Assembly: GCF_902713615.1 (NCBI RefSeq)
Contig: NW_024055654.1
Coordinates: forward strand, 4,083,185-4,131,383
Direction of reading: 5' to 3'
Source: Scyliorhinus canicula
Taxonomy: Eukaryota
DNA length: 48,199 nt
Of this stretch, positions 11,999-23,794 are shown in pieces (the first letter of the stretch is position 1; the number at the start of each line of letters is the position of its first letter). The notes under the pieces were generated by a model. It saw only the letters and a list, made by a program, of their open reading frames with translations, searched no databases and had not been told where the DNA came from. Position numbers and translations under genes: made by a program.

Positions 11999-13111
11999 CT
12001 TTATCTCATTGCTGTTAGAATGCACCCATTGGTGCCCAGAAACGCAAATTGGAGCTTTTTAGACTCAGGTTTTAGTGCTGTTGGTGTTTATGTCAGATGA
12101 TACAAAATGTCAAGTGAATGTCAAATCTGTAGAATTCTTTGTTGGCCGGCTCTGGCCAAATCCTGTGCAGGACAAAGTATAAAGAAGTATAAACATTGTT
12201 AAGAAGTGGGAGAAAGTGCGGACGTTATATATCACAATAGCAGGTATAGCAAATCTTTGCACAAGGCTAGCGAAGCTTGCCTTCATTTGTTTTTGACAAA
12301 GAAATTGGAAGCGACCTCAATTGATGTGATTAAATGATGTATTTTTGGTAGTATAGATGGCAACTAATTGTTTCCAAAAGCAGCAGACAAAATCATCCCG
12401 ATTTCATGGAAAATTGGATAGTGAGAGGTGAATTTTATTTATTACGTTACGATATGTTAACATCCGTAATTCCACGCATGAAATGACGAAGAAAGAAGAT
12501 TCAACGGCAACTTTCAAAAGAGAATTGTAATAACTTGAGAAGGGAAAGCAGCATGGGTAATGTGGGGTGTAAAAGGCGATTGGGACATAATTTCCAAATA
12601 AACACAGGTAAACTGAATCCTCATTCCGTTCCCTAAATCTCTATGATTCTGGGCCGTTAACGTCACTCCCACACTGTTTGTTCTCAATCACTTGAGCAGT
12701 GAGCAGGTGCAGGATGGTCACAGATTCTGCAGGTTCAACCGTCGCTATTTCCGCTCCAGCACTTGTGACGGCAGCTGGTAACAGCCGCAGTTTGATCAGT
12801 TTAGAGTCTGTGGTGTCCCCGGCCACAGCTTCCGTTTGCTGCCCTCGATCTGAACCGATTGTTCTGTTGGAGACATCGCTGCCTCTGGCCCCTTCCTATC
12901 ACTGGTTCTGTAAACAATACAGTTGTGCAGGAATCTGTATGTCTGCGTCAGAAGATAATTTCCTGCATTGAATAACCACGGAACAACAGAACTGATGATC
13001 TAAAGCACAGCCGTAAATGCTGTGTCTGTTTTTATTATATAAATACATAAAGTAGATGGAATGAGGAAGGAACTAAGAAGTAAATATAATGAGTCAAAGA
13101 GTAGAAAGTTA

Positions 13112-13336
13112 GGGGCCTCACGGTAGCATGGTGGTTAGCATCAATGCTTCACAGCTCTAGGGTCCCACGTTCGGGTCCCGGCTGGGTCACTGTCTGTGTG
13201 GAGTCTGCACGCGGGTTAGGTGGATTGGCCATGCTAAATTGCCCGTAGTGTAAGGTTACGGGTTACGTGGGTTTAAGTAGGGTGATCGTTGCTCGGCACA
13301 ACATGAAGGGCCTGTTCTGTACTGTTCTATGTTCTA
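13112..13336 (+). mobile_element. SINE with internal deletions
   Basis: Same family as 1203. Confidence 0.8.
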
Positions 13337-14133
13337 AAGTGTTCAAATGCAGAAATTTGGCAACACGTTACTGATTACATTAAAGAGTTAAAGGATCCAG
13401 CTTCTACAACAGCGATGCAGATATTAGAACAGATACAGACAGTATAACTATGTGCAGATCACTGTTGGGAATGCTGTTCAAACATATGGATCGGTTCCGT
13501 GGCTCTTATTTCATTTGGTATTAACTTCACAGACAGAGTGTGGGAGGGATTGGGAAAAGTGAAGCAGGGATGAGAGACAATAATCCTTGGAGCAAGTGTA
13601 CGAGAAACGGTGCCAAAACAGAATCTATCAGTCAGCTTCAGGAAGAAGTGGATAAACATATGACCAGTAAATAGAAATTTAAAAATAATGAAATGTATTG
13701 AAACAAACAGTGGATAATTCTTTCAGCGAGACAGTACGTAAGTAATGGACCGAATTTCCTCTCTTTGGGCTGTGAAACACGATGACGTTTAGATAATCAA
13801 TGGCTCTGTTCAGTTAGAAAGCCAATAGGGCACTGACTATATGAATCATGTTAGTCTGGTGTTACACACAGGAAGCAGAGAGGTTCGCAATCAGTGACGG
13901 TTCACGCGCTCTATGAATTGAGAAACAACCAATCGCTCAGTGCCACCGTGTGTAACGTCAAATAAAGACATCCCATAATAGTCCAATCGGCGAGGATCAG
14001 TCTCACATTCAGGGGGAGAATGTAAAGCTCTCTCCACTCCTCACCCGCACAGCATTGAGTCCCGGACTCGGCAGCAAGTCCCAGTCTGGAAATCAGACCC
14101 GGATTGATCCGCGTTTTGTCCACTTCTATCACC

Positions 14134-14558
14134 ATGACCAGAAACCCCAGGAAAGAGCTCTTTCCAGCTGGAGCGTTGATGCTGCTGATATTGGGTGAGT
14201 TTATTTTCTTATCTGATGCATTTTGTTAACAATCTCATAATACCGTGTGCTTATGAGGATTTTATTTTGTTCCCAGCCGTTCGGAGTGAGGATCAGAGCT
14301 CCCACCCTGAGCAGGTGATGTCCCGGGAAGGGGATCGGGCTGAACTGAACTGTCGGATCTCCATTGGTACAGGCGATTCCGTAGCCTGGTACAGACAGAC
14401 ACTGACAGAGGCTCCCACATTTATCGCCTCCATTTACCAGGGGACTGAGACCAAAGGACGCTACACCCTGTCCTTGGAGAGAACAAAGAAGTCCAATACC
14501 ATCTGTATAGATGTCAGCGCGGTCCAGGACTCCGGAATGTATCTCTGTGCGAAGCAGA
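14134..14558 (+). CDS. Divergent TCR-type V gene V3, open (exons 14134-14194, 14277-14558)
   Basis: Leader MTRNPRKELFPAGALMLLIL, GTGAG donor, in frame ...ELNCRI...VAWYRQ...NTICIDV...DSGMYLCAKQ; one extra Cys in FR3. Confidence 0.85.
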
Positions 14559-14597
14559 CACAGTGAGACACAGAGCGGATCCGGCTGTACAATATCT
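14559..14597 (+). other. 23-RSS of V3
   Basis: CACAGTG + 23 nt + ACAATATCT. Confidence 0.88.
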
Positions 14598-14999
14598 TGT
14601 TCACTGCCGTGTCTCTGCTGCCCCGTTTACATTTCCACAAACCAGACCCTTTAGAGATGCCGGTGATGATCAGAATGATTACTTTCCCATATTTAAACTC
14701 AATATGGATAGAGTTACAATATCCAATAGCTTCTATGTCAGTTGCAGAATGTCTCAACATATTTTTTGGTTGTTCCACAAATGCATGCGGAACAATGAAC
14801 TTTCTCAGATACCAGGTAGACCGACATGCGAGAGAAAGTTAGATAAACAAGTATGCAGCTAAACAGATTGATAGTAGTTAGATAGATGGATAGGTATATA
14901 GATAAACAGATAGATTAGTTTATTCTGCCTATGTACTCAAGTACTTTAGTTAATGATCCTGTATGTATCATAGCATTCATGTTATTCTTGTTTAAACAG

Positions 15000-15282
15000 C
15001 TGTTCCTTGTCACCTCGGAGACATTTCACAGATCGATGTATCGGGTAACAGAAGGAACGACCATCTCGCTTCATCACAATGTTACTCTCACTACAAATGA
15101 CTTTGTATTCTGGTACCGGCAGTTCTCCAATCAGGCTCTCAAGTATCTGGTCTCCACATTCAGAGATGGAAGAGTTGAGGGAAGGTTTAAATGTCTGTGG
15201 ACAGTGAGAATGTTTTAACAAAGTTAACAGTGTTAACAAGGTTGAGCTGTCAGACGCTGCAGTGTATTACAGTGCAGTGAGA
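15000..15282 (+). pseudogene. V pseudogene V4
   Basis: VFWYRQF motif; first Cys lost, two frameshifts in FR3, ends ELSDAAVYYSAVR (Cys to Ser); no convincing leader. Confidence 0.8.
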
Positions 15283-15321
15283 CACTGTAAAATTAAGAGA
15301 TGAGGAGCCTGTACAAGAACG
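15283..15321 (+). other. Degenerate 23-RSS of V4
   Basis: CACTGTA + 23 nt + ACAAGAACG. Confidence 0.7.
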
Positions 15322-17330
15322 CACTCGACATGAGGACCGTGGAGACAACCAGCCCGTGTGCAGTGGAAATGAGAGTGATCCAAACAAAATGTTTTTCATC
15401 CGTGTGATTTAATGGAATTAAAAATATGTGTTATTTCCAATAATGTGACTTGCAGATTAACCCACAGAACAATATCAATCACTTTTTGATACAGTGGCTT
15501 ATTTACATTTTTTGACATCGTTGATGATTAGGGTGCTTTCAAGACTTCCATTCTTTCCAAATGAACATCCAAACTTAACAGTTTAATGAGTTTTTTCAGT
15601 TCATTTATTTATGTAAATGAACACAGACTTTGGCAACAAGGAAAGCACGTCAGAAAGCTGAGACAAGTGATCTCGGTCAATAATAAACAGACAATATAGC
15701 AAAAGAAAAACAACGAACAAGGCATCAGATACAGGACCAAAGCAATAATAACACTTTGATGATAATAATTCACCAATATCCTGCAGCAATATTCGGGAAT
15801 ACACTGAGAATCGTTGTTTCACAGACATAATTCCACCAGTTAACGTTGCGAGATCTTCTCTTTGGTTTAAACCTGTAGGGCTGTCAGTTAGTTCACCGCT
15901 GTTACAGGTGACAGCTGGGATTACAGGAAATATCTGTGACGCTTCACCACAACCACATTTCGGGCAAGAATAAAAATGTGAAATACGGATTCTCAGGCAC
16001 TGAAGCACGTCTTCTGGGCCGGAAGTTCTGCGTTTCAATACCACTCCAGGGCTTTATGGCTGCAGAGGTTGTGCTCCTTGCCTGGCCACACACGATGATT
16101 ATCAGCTTGCCACTTCTTCCAATATGACTAATGATAGGTGGTAAGAGCTGGAGAGTTTCCTGGTCAGCCATGCTGCAAGAGGCAATAGAAACTACTGCAG
16201 CACTTTGTCAGGAAAAGTCATGGGCCAATGTGAGGGAAGTCCAGGGTCATCCAGCGCCATCTGAGGTCTGGTACCTGGGAGATGCGTAGGATGGCACAGG
16301 AGACTGGGAGTGCACTCTGTCCATTATTGTAGTAAAAAGTCACTGGGTAGTCTGAATGTGACGGCACATGTTACTGCCCAATATAGATCCTCAATTTATT
16401 GTAAAGAGAGAGATAAAGAGCGAGAAACAGAAAAAGGGCGTCCATCGTTCCATTACAAAATGTTCGGGTTGTTATTTGCCACGAATTCAAATTATCCGGA
16501 GAATCTGGGGCTCACTTTGGCAATAAGGAAGGCCCTTTACTCAAGGATCGGAATGACAACTCTTACTGACAGAGAATTAAACATTTCCACCGCCCTCTAT
16601 GTTCAGCATGATTTCGAACATCGCAACAGTGATTACACTGGGAATGTGCTTTCTGTGGTTGCAGGGTTTTACAGACATCCGGAGTCTATAACATTTTCTT
16701 TTGTCTCTTTTCATTCGATATATGGTTCTTGTAGTTAAATTCATTGTCCACCTGTTTCTGCGGTGATCAGTAAAGTGTATTTCATAATTTCCATTCCTTT
16801 ACTTGAATCTGCGGTTCCGGGATTGCTTTGATGGTTTGTGGTCAGCTCCTGCGATTTCCCGAATTCCCTCCAAACACTGTTTTAAGATTCATTCCGCTTA
16901 ACAGGAACCCGGCAGTCTGTCAGGAACAAGAATCCGGGATCTTACTGAGGGGCCCCTGATGGAAACCTGCCTAGTGTTCAGGGAGAGCGAGTGGCCGCAC
17001 GCCCGGTGGGGCTGCTCACCTATCTGTCAGACATGAGTCGGACCCTATAAAAGCTTGTAATCAGCTCGCTGTACATCTCATGTTTCTCATCATAAAGATA
17101 AAGGTACCTACGAATTACCAGCACAAGTGCTTAGCTGCAAACCCCATTTGTCAGGCGATGCTCTGTTGTTAGCCCCCTCGTCTCTGAATCAAAAACTGCA
17201 GGCTTCTACTCCCTGTACAGAGACGTGAGCCCAATGATCTATGCTGGTGCCTTTGTGCAGTTTTCAGGTAGCGGTCCATCGCTCTTGGATTAGATGTTCA
17301 ATCGAGGGTGCTGTCTTTCCTCTAAGATAT

Positions 17331-17411
17331 CTTACAACACCAGGTTAAAGACCAACATGTTTGTTTCAAACACTAGCTTTCGGAGCACCGCTCCTTCCTC
17401 AGGTGAATGAA
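17331..17411 (-). mobile_element. Penelope terminal fragment
   Basis: Reverse complement of 11840-11921. Confidence 0.8.
17371..17405 (-). ncRNA. Minimal hammerhead ribozyme motif
   Basis: CAC CTGAGGA A GGAGC-GGT-GCTCC GAAA GCTA GTG. Confidence 0.65.
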
Positions 17412-19267
17412 GAGAGCTCCAGCTCTCCAGTCAGTTCAATTCTCCACTTTGGCTCTGTAGATTAGATGGGTCACGCCCCTGTTAAATTAACGCAGATCTG
17501 GAGCATCAATTCTATCCAAACGCACTCCAGCTCAGACACTATCTCTCTGAACAAATTTCCACTCCGACATCAACTCACCAAAGACTCTGGTACTTAGATG
17601 CTCGCTGCCCAGCAATTTGGTTTCATTCAACCTGGATCGAATATAAAGCAAAATACTGCCGAAGCAAGACATATAAAATAAAAACAGAAACTGCTGAATA
17701 AAGTCGATCATCATCTGTGCGGAGAGAAACGACGGAAACATCCCGAGTCCTGAGAAATCTTTTTCACAGTGGGCCAATGTAAATCAACCCCGCCGTCAGA
17801 ATCGCAAACAATTAATACTGTATTGTTGCAGCTTCTCATGGTTCGGCTGAGAGGCCATGTCACTTCTTACAAGAACAAGTCTGTTTCTTTCAAACAGATG
17901 TCTAAACTTACAAGCCAGAAGAATTTGTTCAGCAAATCTCTAACGGCGAAATGCTCTCTTCTATAATTAACGCAGCATACTTAAATCCTACAGAAAAAAG
18001 CAACCAACATTACATAATATTTGTTTCGTTATTCAATGCTTAAGTTGAGTTTAAGAATTCAGAATTATGGGTTTCTTATATTTGACCTCTTTGTGTTTTG
18101 GTGTGTAACATTCTGCAGCCTAAATACCCTTCATGTATGAGAAAGGAGGGGTGACAGCAAATCCGCACTGAGCCTGGATTTCCACAGTGGCTTTTCCTGT
18201 TTCTCCGTCAGGAAGACCGTTTCTTCTTTCCCAAAGCTGGTGCAGTTAACTCTCTGGCATTTCCTCTAAGTCAGTTACAGTATCGTTTGTGTCTGTCCTT
18301 TTGAGTACACATTACTATAAGACACCCTTCAATCTGGCCTGTTGCATTTGCTGATCCCAATGCCATCTACTCTGCATTGCAGAGACTAAATACCGACTGG
18401 ATGACCGCTTTGCAAAACACCTTCGCTCCATCGACAAGCTGGTGTGGCAGACTCTCCTGTCGCTTGCTATTTCAACTCACTGTCCTGCTCTCATGTCCAC
18501 ATGTCCGATCTTGGCCTGCTGCAATGTTCCCATGTAGCTCAGCACAACGCCGAGGAACAACCCCATCCTCCGAATAGGCACGGTACAGCCTTGCTGATTT
18601 TACAGGCGGCTCAACAACTTCGCACCGTGAAATCATTCTTTCCACTTCACCACATGTTTATTTCCATCAACTTATTTAAATTGCTTCCATTGATGTGTCT
18701 TCCTCTCCCATTGTCCACCATCCCTTCCATCTTGGGAAATTCGCCCCCTGTTTCTCATTGTCCTCTGCCGTTAACACATTCTAATATTCTAATCGCCTCT
18801 ATCAGCACCGTTCTTAACTTTGATTAGAACCATTTACATTCCCTTTATCTTACGTTCCAACATATCTTTGTTATTCTCCACTCATCGCTGGCCGTCTGTC
18901 GAGGCCCAATGCTTCACGCTCTCCCCACCCTCACTTCCCCCACACACACCGCCAGTCTAAACCTGGCCAAGATCCAGTTGTCCAGCTTCGACAAAGAGTC
19001 ACCCATAATCGAAACAACACTTGCCATCTCTCTCCACAGAGGCTGTCAGACCTGATGAGACTGTCCTGTATTTTCTGTTTTTGTTTCCTATTGACGCATC
19101 CGCAGTAAGTTGCTTTTATCGTACATTTAGACATGTTTGAAATGCTGGTTAAATATGTTCATCTGCATCTGTAAACCCAATAGATTATGTGATGGATGAA
19201 CAAACTGCTAATATCCGAACTGTGCCAAAGGTCCCCTTTCTTCCCCGGCGTCTTTAAAATTCAATAC

Positions 19268-19396
19268 TTAGAACATAGAACAGTACAGCACAGAACAGGC
19301 CCTTCGGCCCTCAATGTTGTGCCGAGCAATGATCACCCTACTCAAACCCACGTATCCACCCTATACCCGTAACCCAACAAACCCCCCATTAATCCA
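19268..19396 (-). mobile_element. 5'-truncated SINE (tail)
   Basis: Reverse of SINE tail 1430-1553. Confidence 0.8.
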
Positions 19397-19409
19397 TACA
19401 TCATTGGAC

Positions 19410-20044
19410 TTCTGACTTTGTTGCAGGAATTGTAATACCTTATGCGAGACCAAATCTCATGTTCCTCGAACGTGCGAGATTGAGGAACAAACGTATTTTG
19501 TGCAAACATTCGTCACACTAAGTGAGAAGCACGGGATGTTTCTGCCCGGTTCCGAAAAGAGGACCTTTCGCATGTTAGGCGAATGTGATAACCACTACAC
19601 TACAGAAAAAGCTGGCAACGCAAACGCCAACGGAACCGTGCCACGTTCAACTCAACTGCCTTCTTGCAGCTTCTGATGGTGTCGCTGAAAGACATTGTCA
19701 CGTCTTACAAGAACACGTCTGTTTCTTTAAAACAGATGTCTAAACTTACAAGCCAGAAGAAGAACCTATATTGAACTGAAGCGTTTGTTCAGCTAATCTC
19801 TAACGGCGAAATACTCTCTTGTATTATTAATGCAGCATTCTTAAATCCTACAGAAAAAAACAACCGACTTTAAACAATATTTGTTTCCTTATTCAATGCT
19901 TGAGTTGAGTTTAAGAATTGATAATTATGTGTTTTGAGTGACGAATGTTTGCACAAAATACGTTTGTTCCTCAATCTCGCACGTTCGAGGAACATGAGAT
20001 TTGGTCTCGCATAAGGTATTACAATTCCTGCAACAAAGTCAGAA
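19410..20044. repeat. Perfect 107-bp inverted repeat (19410-19516 / 19938-20044)
   Basis: Base-by-base comparison shows no mismatch. Confidence 0.9.
19537..19609 (-). pseudogene. tRNA-Val-AAC pseudogene
   Basis: Loop CT-AAC-AT, T-arm disrupted. Confidence 0.8.
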
Positions 20045-20165
20045 ATGTTTAATTTTCTAGACGCCAGGCGAAGAAAAGCCTTTCCTATTTTGCCACAATT
20101 CGGATATTAGCATTTTGATCATCCACCACAGAATCTATTGGAGTTCCAAAGCTTGGAACTGCTGT

Positions 20166-20219
20166 GGGCCAGTGGCGCAATGGATAACGAGATTCCAGGT
20201 TCGACTCCTGGCTGGCTCG
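20166..20219 (+). pseudogene. tRNA-Arg pseudogene, whole anticodon arm deleted
   Basis: GGGCCAGTGGCGCAATGGATAACG|AGATTCCAGGTTCGACTCCTGGCTGGCTCG. Confidence 0.82.
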
Positions 20220-20288
20220 CAGTTCCAAGTTTTGGCGTCCCGTTTAGTTCAGTGGGTTGGTCAGCTAGTTCTCGATTGATGGCCAGCG

Positions 20289-20360
20289 GTTTCTGTAGTG
20301 TAGTGGTTATCACATTCGTCTCACACGCGAAAGGTCCCCGGGCGAAACCGGGCAGAAACA
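20289..20360 (+). pseudogene. tRNA-Val-CAC pseudogene
   Basis: Loop CT-CAC-AC; T-loop TT replaced by G. Confidence 0.8.
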
Positions 20361-21412
20361 TCGAACGTTTAGCATTTTGTGTGAGAAAAGTTTGCACAAT
20401 TATTGGTCACAAAATAATTCTGTTCCTGAATGTTGCCGGAATCTCGTGTGTTCCAGGACTATGAGATTTCGTCTCACATGAGCCACTAAACTGAATTGAA
20501 CATTAAGGCCCAAGCACTGAATTTTCGGCAGGCAATGAGAGGTGAAGAATTTTCATATCTTGGCACAGCTCGGATATTAGCAGCTAGTTCATCCACAACA
20601 GAATTTCAGCGATTTACAAATGAACATATTTAATCACCATCTCAAACATGTCTAAATGTGTGACAAATGCAACTTACTGCGGATGCTTCAAACGGAAACA
20701 AAAACAGAAAATACTGGATAATCTCAGCAGGTCTGACAGCCTCTGGGGAGCGAAATGGCAGCTGTCGTTTCCAGTCAAGTGGACTCTTTGTCAAAGCTGG
20801 AGAACTGGAATTGGAGATTCAGACGATTGTGGGTGGGGGGGGGTGGGGGTGGTGGAGTGCTGTATTGGGCCTCGATAGAGGGCTAGCAATAGGTGGGAAA
20901 TGACGAAAATGTCTCGGACAGAAAGAAAAAGGGAATGTAAATGAGGCTAATCAAGGCTATGAAAGGTGCTGATGGCGCATCAAGCGGTCAGAATGTGTTA
21001 ATGGCAGAACAAAGGTAAGCAGTGCGTCAGAGAACAATTACAAACAGGGATCAGATTGCTGAAGTAGGATGGTATGGGCTGGGGGGCAGTGGGCAATGCT
21101 GAGGGTAAAACATATCAATGGTAGGAATGATAAGTTGATGGAAAAAACATGTGGTGGAGGGGGAAGTGAGAGTTCACAGTCTGAAGTTGTTCAACTGATA
21201 AAATGAAAGGGACAGAGAGCTGTCTGAGACAACCAGAATTAGTCACTAGAAATATGAATGCCCACACGTAGACAAGCTTATCGGGAACGTATTGGTTCCC
21301 TGCAGTTTGAGCTCAGCTTCTCAAAGCAAACCCAATGTGAATGAATCCCGCCGTCTGCGCCGCAAAGAAATGAAGAAAACATGTTGCTTGACCAACGGAA
21401 AACCTCATCGAA

Positions 21413-21502
21413 GGGCTCGTCAGGAATTTGAACCCGAGACCTCTCGCAAATTCCGACAGCAAGATACCCAAAGCGAGAATCATACCCCTAAGCCAACGAG
21501 CC
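21413..21502 (-). tRNA. tRNA-Pro-TGG: tRNA-Pro-TGG with 18-nt intron (21449-21466); T-stem degenerate
   Basis: 72-nt Pro body + TATCTTGCTGTCGGAATT between positions 37 and 38; TTTT about 11 nt downstream. Confidence 0.75.
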
Positions 21503-21669
21503 CCGTGGAAAAAGCTAAAGCATACTGTCATTGCCATGGAAAATCAATCTAACATCTGCGGAGAACGCCAAAAGTACTGCAACACCTCAGGTAGTCAGGC
21601 GGCATTTCTCGACGGGACAACAAAATTCGTCTTTCACCATCACCTTTCATTAAAACCGGGACAGGTTAG

Positions 21670-22246
21670 AAATCAGAAGGGGATTCAGTGCAGTTAGATT
21701 GCGAATATACAGACCGGACCATGTACCACATGCTATGGTACCAGCAAAAGCCGGCACAGCCGCCGAGATTGGTCAGAGAACATAGAACAGTACAGCACAG
21801 AACAGGCCCTTCGGCCCTCGATGTTGTGCCGAGCAATGATCACCTTACTTAAACCCACGTAACCCGTATACCCGTAACCCAACAATCCCCCCATTAACCT
21901 TACACTACGGGCAATTTAGCATGGCCACTCCACCTAACCCGCACATCTTTGGACTGTGGGAGGAAACCTGAGCACCCGGAGGAAACCCACGCACACACGG
22001 GGAGGGCGTGCAGACTCCACACAGACAGCGCCCCAGCCAGGAATGGAACCTGGGACCCTGAAGCTGTGAAGCATTGATGCTAACCACCATGCTACCGTGA
22101 GGCCTCATCATTAACATATTGACGATGAAGAAAGAGGAGATCTCAGGACGATATCTGGCGGCTGCCAACAAGTCTAAAAAGAATGGTTACCTCAATACAA
22201 ACGCGCTCAGTGTGGAGGACGGGGCGGTCTATTACTGTGCAATGAG
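21670..22246 (+). pseudogene. V pseudogene V5, 5'-truncated and split by a SINE
   Basis: SEGDSVQLDCEY...WYQQKPAQPPRLV | SINE 21775-22106 | IINILTM...EDGAVYYCAMS; aligns 1:1 with V9; leader replaced by tRNA-Pro unit flank. Confidence 0.85.
21775..22106 (-). mobile_element. Full-length SINE inserted in V5
   Basis: Head at 22106, tail at 21777; splits the V exon just before CDR2. Confidence 0.88.
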
Positions 22247-22285
22247 CACAGTGTCACAAAGCAGCTACAACCACGTACGAAAGCC
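22247..22285 (+). other. 23-RSS of V5
   Basis: CACAGTG + 23 nt + ACGAAAGCC. Confidence 0.8.
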
Positions 22286-22926
22286 TCAGAGAGTATTTTC
22301 AATTCCAGTAAATTTGCGTTCCTGCCCTTGTACCGGAGGATGGTTTGATCTGGATTCAGAAAAATATTCAGGTCTATTTCTCCACAATTGCATTGCCGTC
22401 TCTGTCCTTGTATAGGTCAATAGAGGAGCCGTTTCGGATTCGTGAGATTAATCAGCACGTCGCGATGCACAGTAAATTTAAGCTTGGAATATCCACTTCC
22501 GAGCAGCAGTAATGAAAGTTCTCAGATGTGGGGATAATAAAATCTTCCAGGACCGTTAACTTAGGTCGACCTTATGCCAACGAGTCTGAGCCCCTAGTAG
22601 TCTTCAGCGGAACATCGACTTTCTGATCGAAAATACATCAAATCTATGTTGACACTTCCTGCTTTCTGTTATGGAGGTTCCCAGATAAGGGACGTGTTTC
22701 AAAGAAAGTGTGGTGCTGTCCAAGTGAGTTCTGTAAAATCCACGGGCCTGTGATGATTCCACGTCTCACAAATGTCCATGCCCGCGGGACCATGTGTACG
22801 GTCCTTCCAGATATTTTCCGCACTGCCTCAGGGGACCAATATTGCCAGCATTCTCATTCGGTCCCTGGCAATCAGAGAATTGGCTGTCACTGTTGAAATG
22901 CACAGAGTTGTGATCCTGTTGTTGTC

Positions 22927-22964
<38 letters not shown>

Positions 22965-23000
22965 GCCGAAAGGTTGGTGGTTCGATCCCACCCAGAGACG
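22927..23000 (+). tRNA. tRNA-Asn-GTT: tRNA-Asn-GTT
   Basis: 74-nt cloverleaf GTCTCCGTGGCGCAATCGGTTAGCGCG...; one acceptor mismatch, A38G; T5 at 23029-23033. Confidence 0.82.
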
Positions 23001-23034
23001 AATTGTTGTTCCACTCCTGGATGATATGTTTTTA

Positions 23035-23204
23035 GGGGCTGTTTCGGACAGGGCTAAATCGCTGGCTTTGAAAGCAGACCAAGCAGGCCAGCAGCACGGT
23101 TCGATTCCCGTAACAGCCTCCCCGAACAGGCGCCGGAATGTGACGACTAGGGGATTTTCAGAGGAACTTTATTTGAAGCCGACTCGTGACAATAAGCGAT
23201 TTTC
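23035..23204 (+). mobile_element. Short SINE (family B)
   Basis: GGGGCTG...GGTTCGATTCCCGTA head plus tail shared with 41237-41365; head also at 26976. Confidence 0.7.
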
Positions 23205-23623
23205 CTGTTCTGATAACACGTACCGTGCACCGGCTGCGGCATGGAGTTGCCTCTATCGCTGCAATATCCTTCATGGCGCCGAGCTGGGGAATAGCTCAAC
23301 GATGCTGTGTCTCCCCCGATAACTCAGGAGATTGTGACACCTCCTCACGGACCTGCTGACAGACGAATGTTGAGCAGGAGTTGGCTATTCATCCCCTTGA
23401 GCCTTCTCCAACATTCAATAAGTTCGTGACAGATGCGAACATGACCTCAGATTCACATTTCACCGACCCCGGATAACCTTTGATTACCTTTTCAGTTGAG
23501 AATCCAACCACATCGGTCTTAAAATCTTCAAGGGGCCTATCTCAGCGGTCTCTGGAGAAGAATCCCTCAGAAAAAAAGCCCAAAGATCTACATAACCGGG
23601 CCGGGTCGAGCAGTATCTCTGGC

Positions 23624-23794
23624 CATGATGTGGAGATGCCGGCGTTGGACTAGGGTGAGCACAGTAAGAAGTCTTACAACACCAGGTTAAATGATTCTGT
23701 TTTGTGATTCACCTGAGGAAGGAGCTGCGCTCCGAAAGCTCGTGTTTGAAACAAACCTGTTGGACTTTAACCTGGTGTTGTAAGACGTCTTACT
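23624..23794. mobile_element. 171-bp Penelope-derived mini-insertion with inverted ends and 11-bp TSD
   Basis: GTATCTCTGGC at 23613-23623 and 23795-23805; 30-bp inverted arms 23662-23691 and 23766-23795 (1 mismatch). Confidence 0.75.
23710..23744 (+). ncRNA. Minimal hammerhead ribozyme motif
   Basis: CAC CTGAGGA A GGAGC-TGC-GCTCC GAAA GCTC GTG. Confidence 0.65.

Larger units (their letters stand above)
17821..19935. repeat. Dispersed copy of the tRNA unit
   Basis: Colinear with 5060-6770, followed by a second flank copy. Confidence 0.88.

Noticed and set aside
12641-12826. Apparently conserved minus-strand peptide (AAVTSxGAEIATVE...VTILHLL), also at 43854-44090
   Set aside because: The third copy (37.6 kb) has a 1-nt frameshift; conservation is better explained by a regulatory element.
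14598-14999. J segment or leader between V3 and V4
   Set aside because: No FGxG motif and no 5' RSS; the candidate exon ending at 14815 is not signal-peptide-like.
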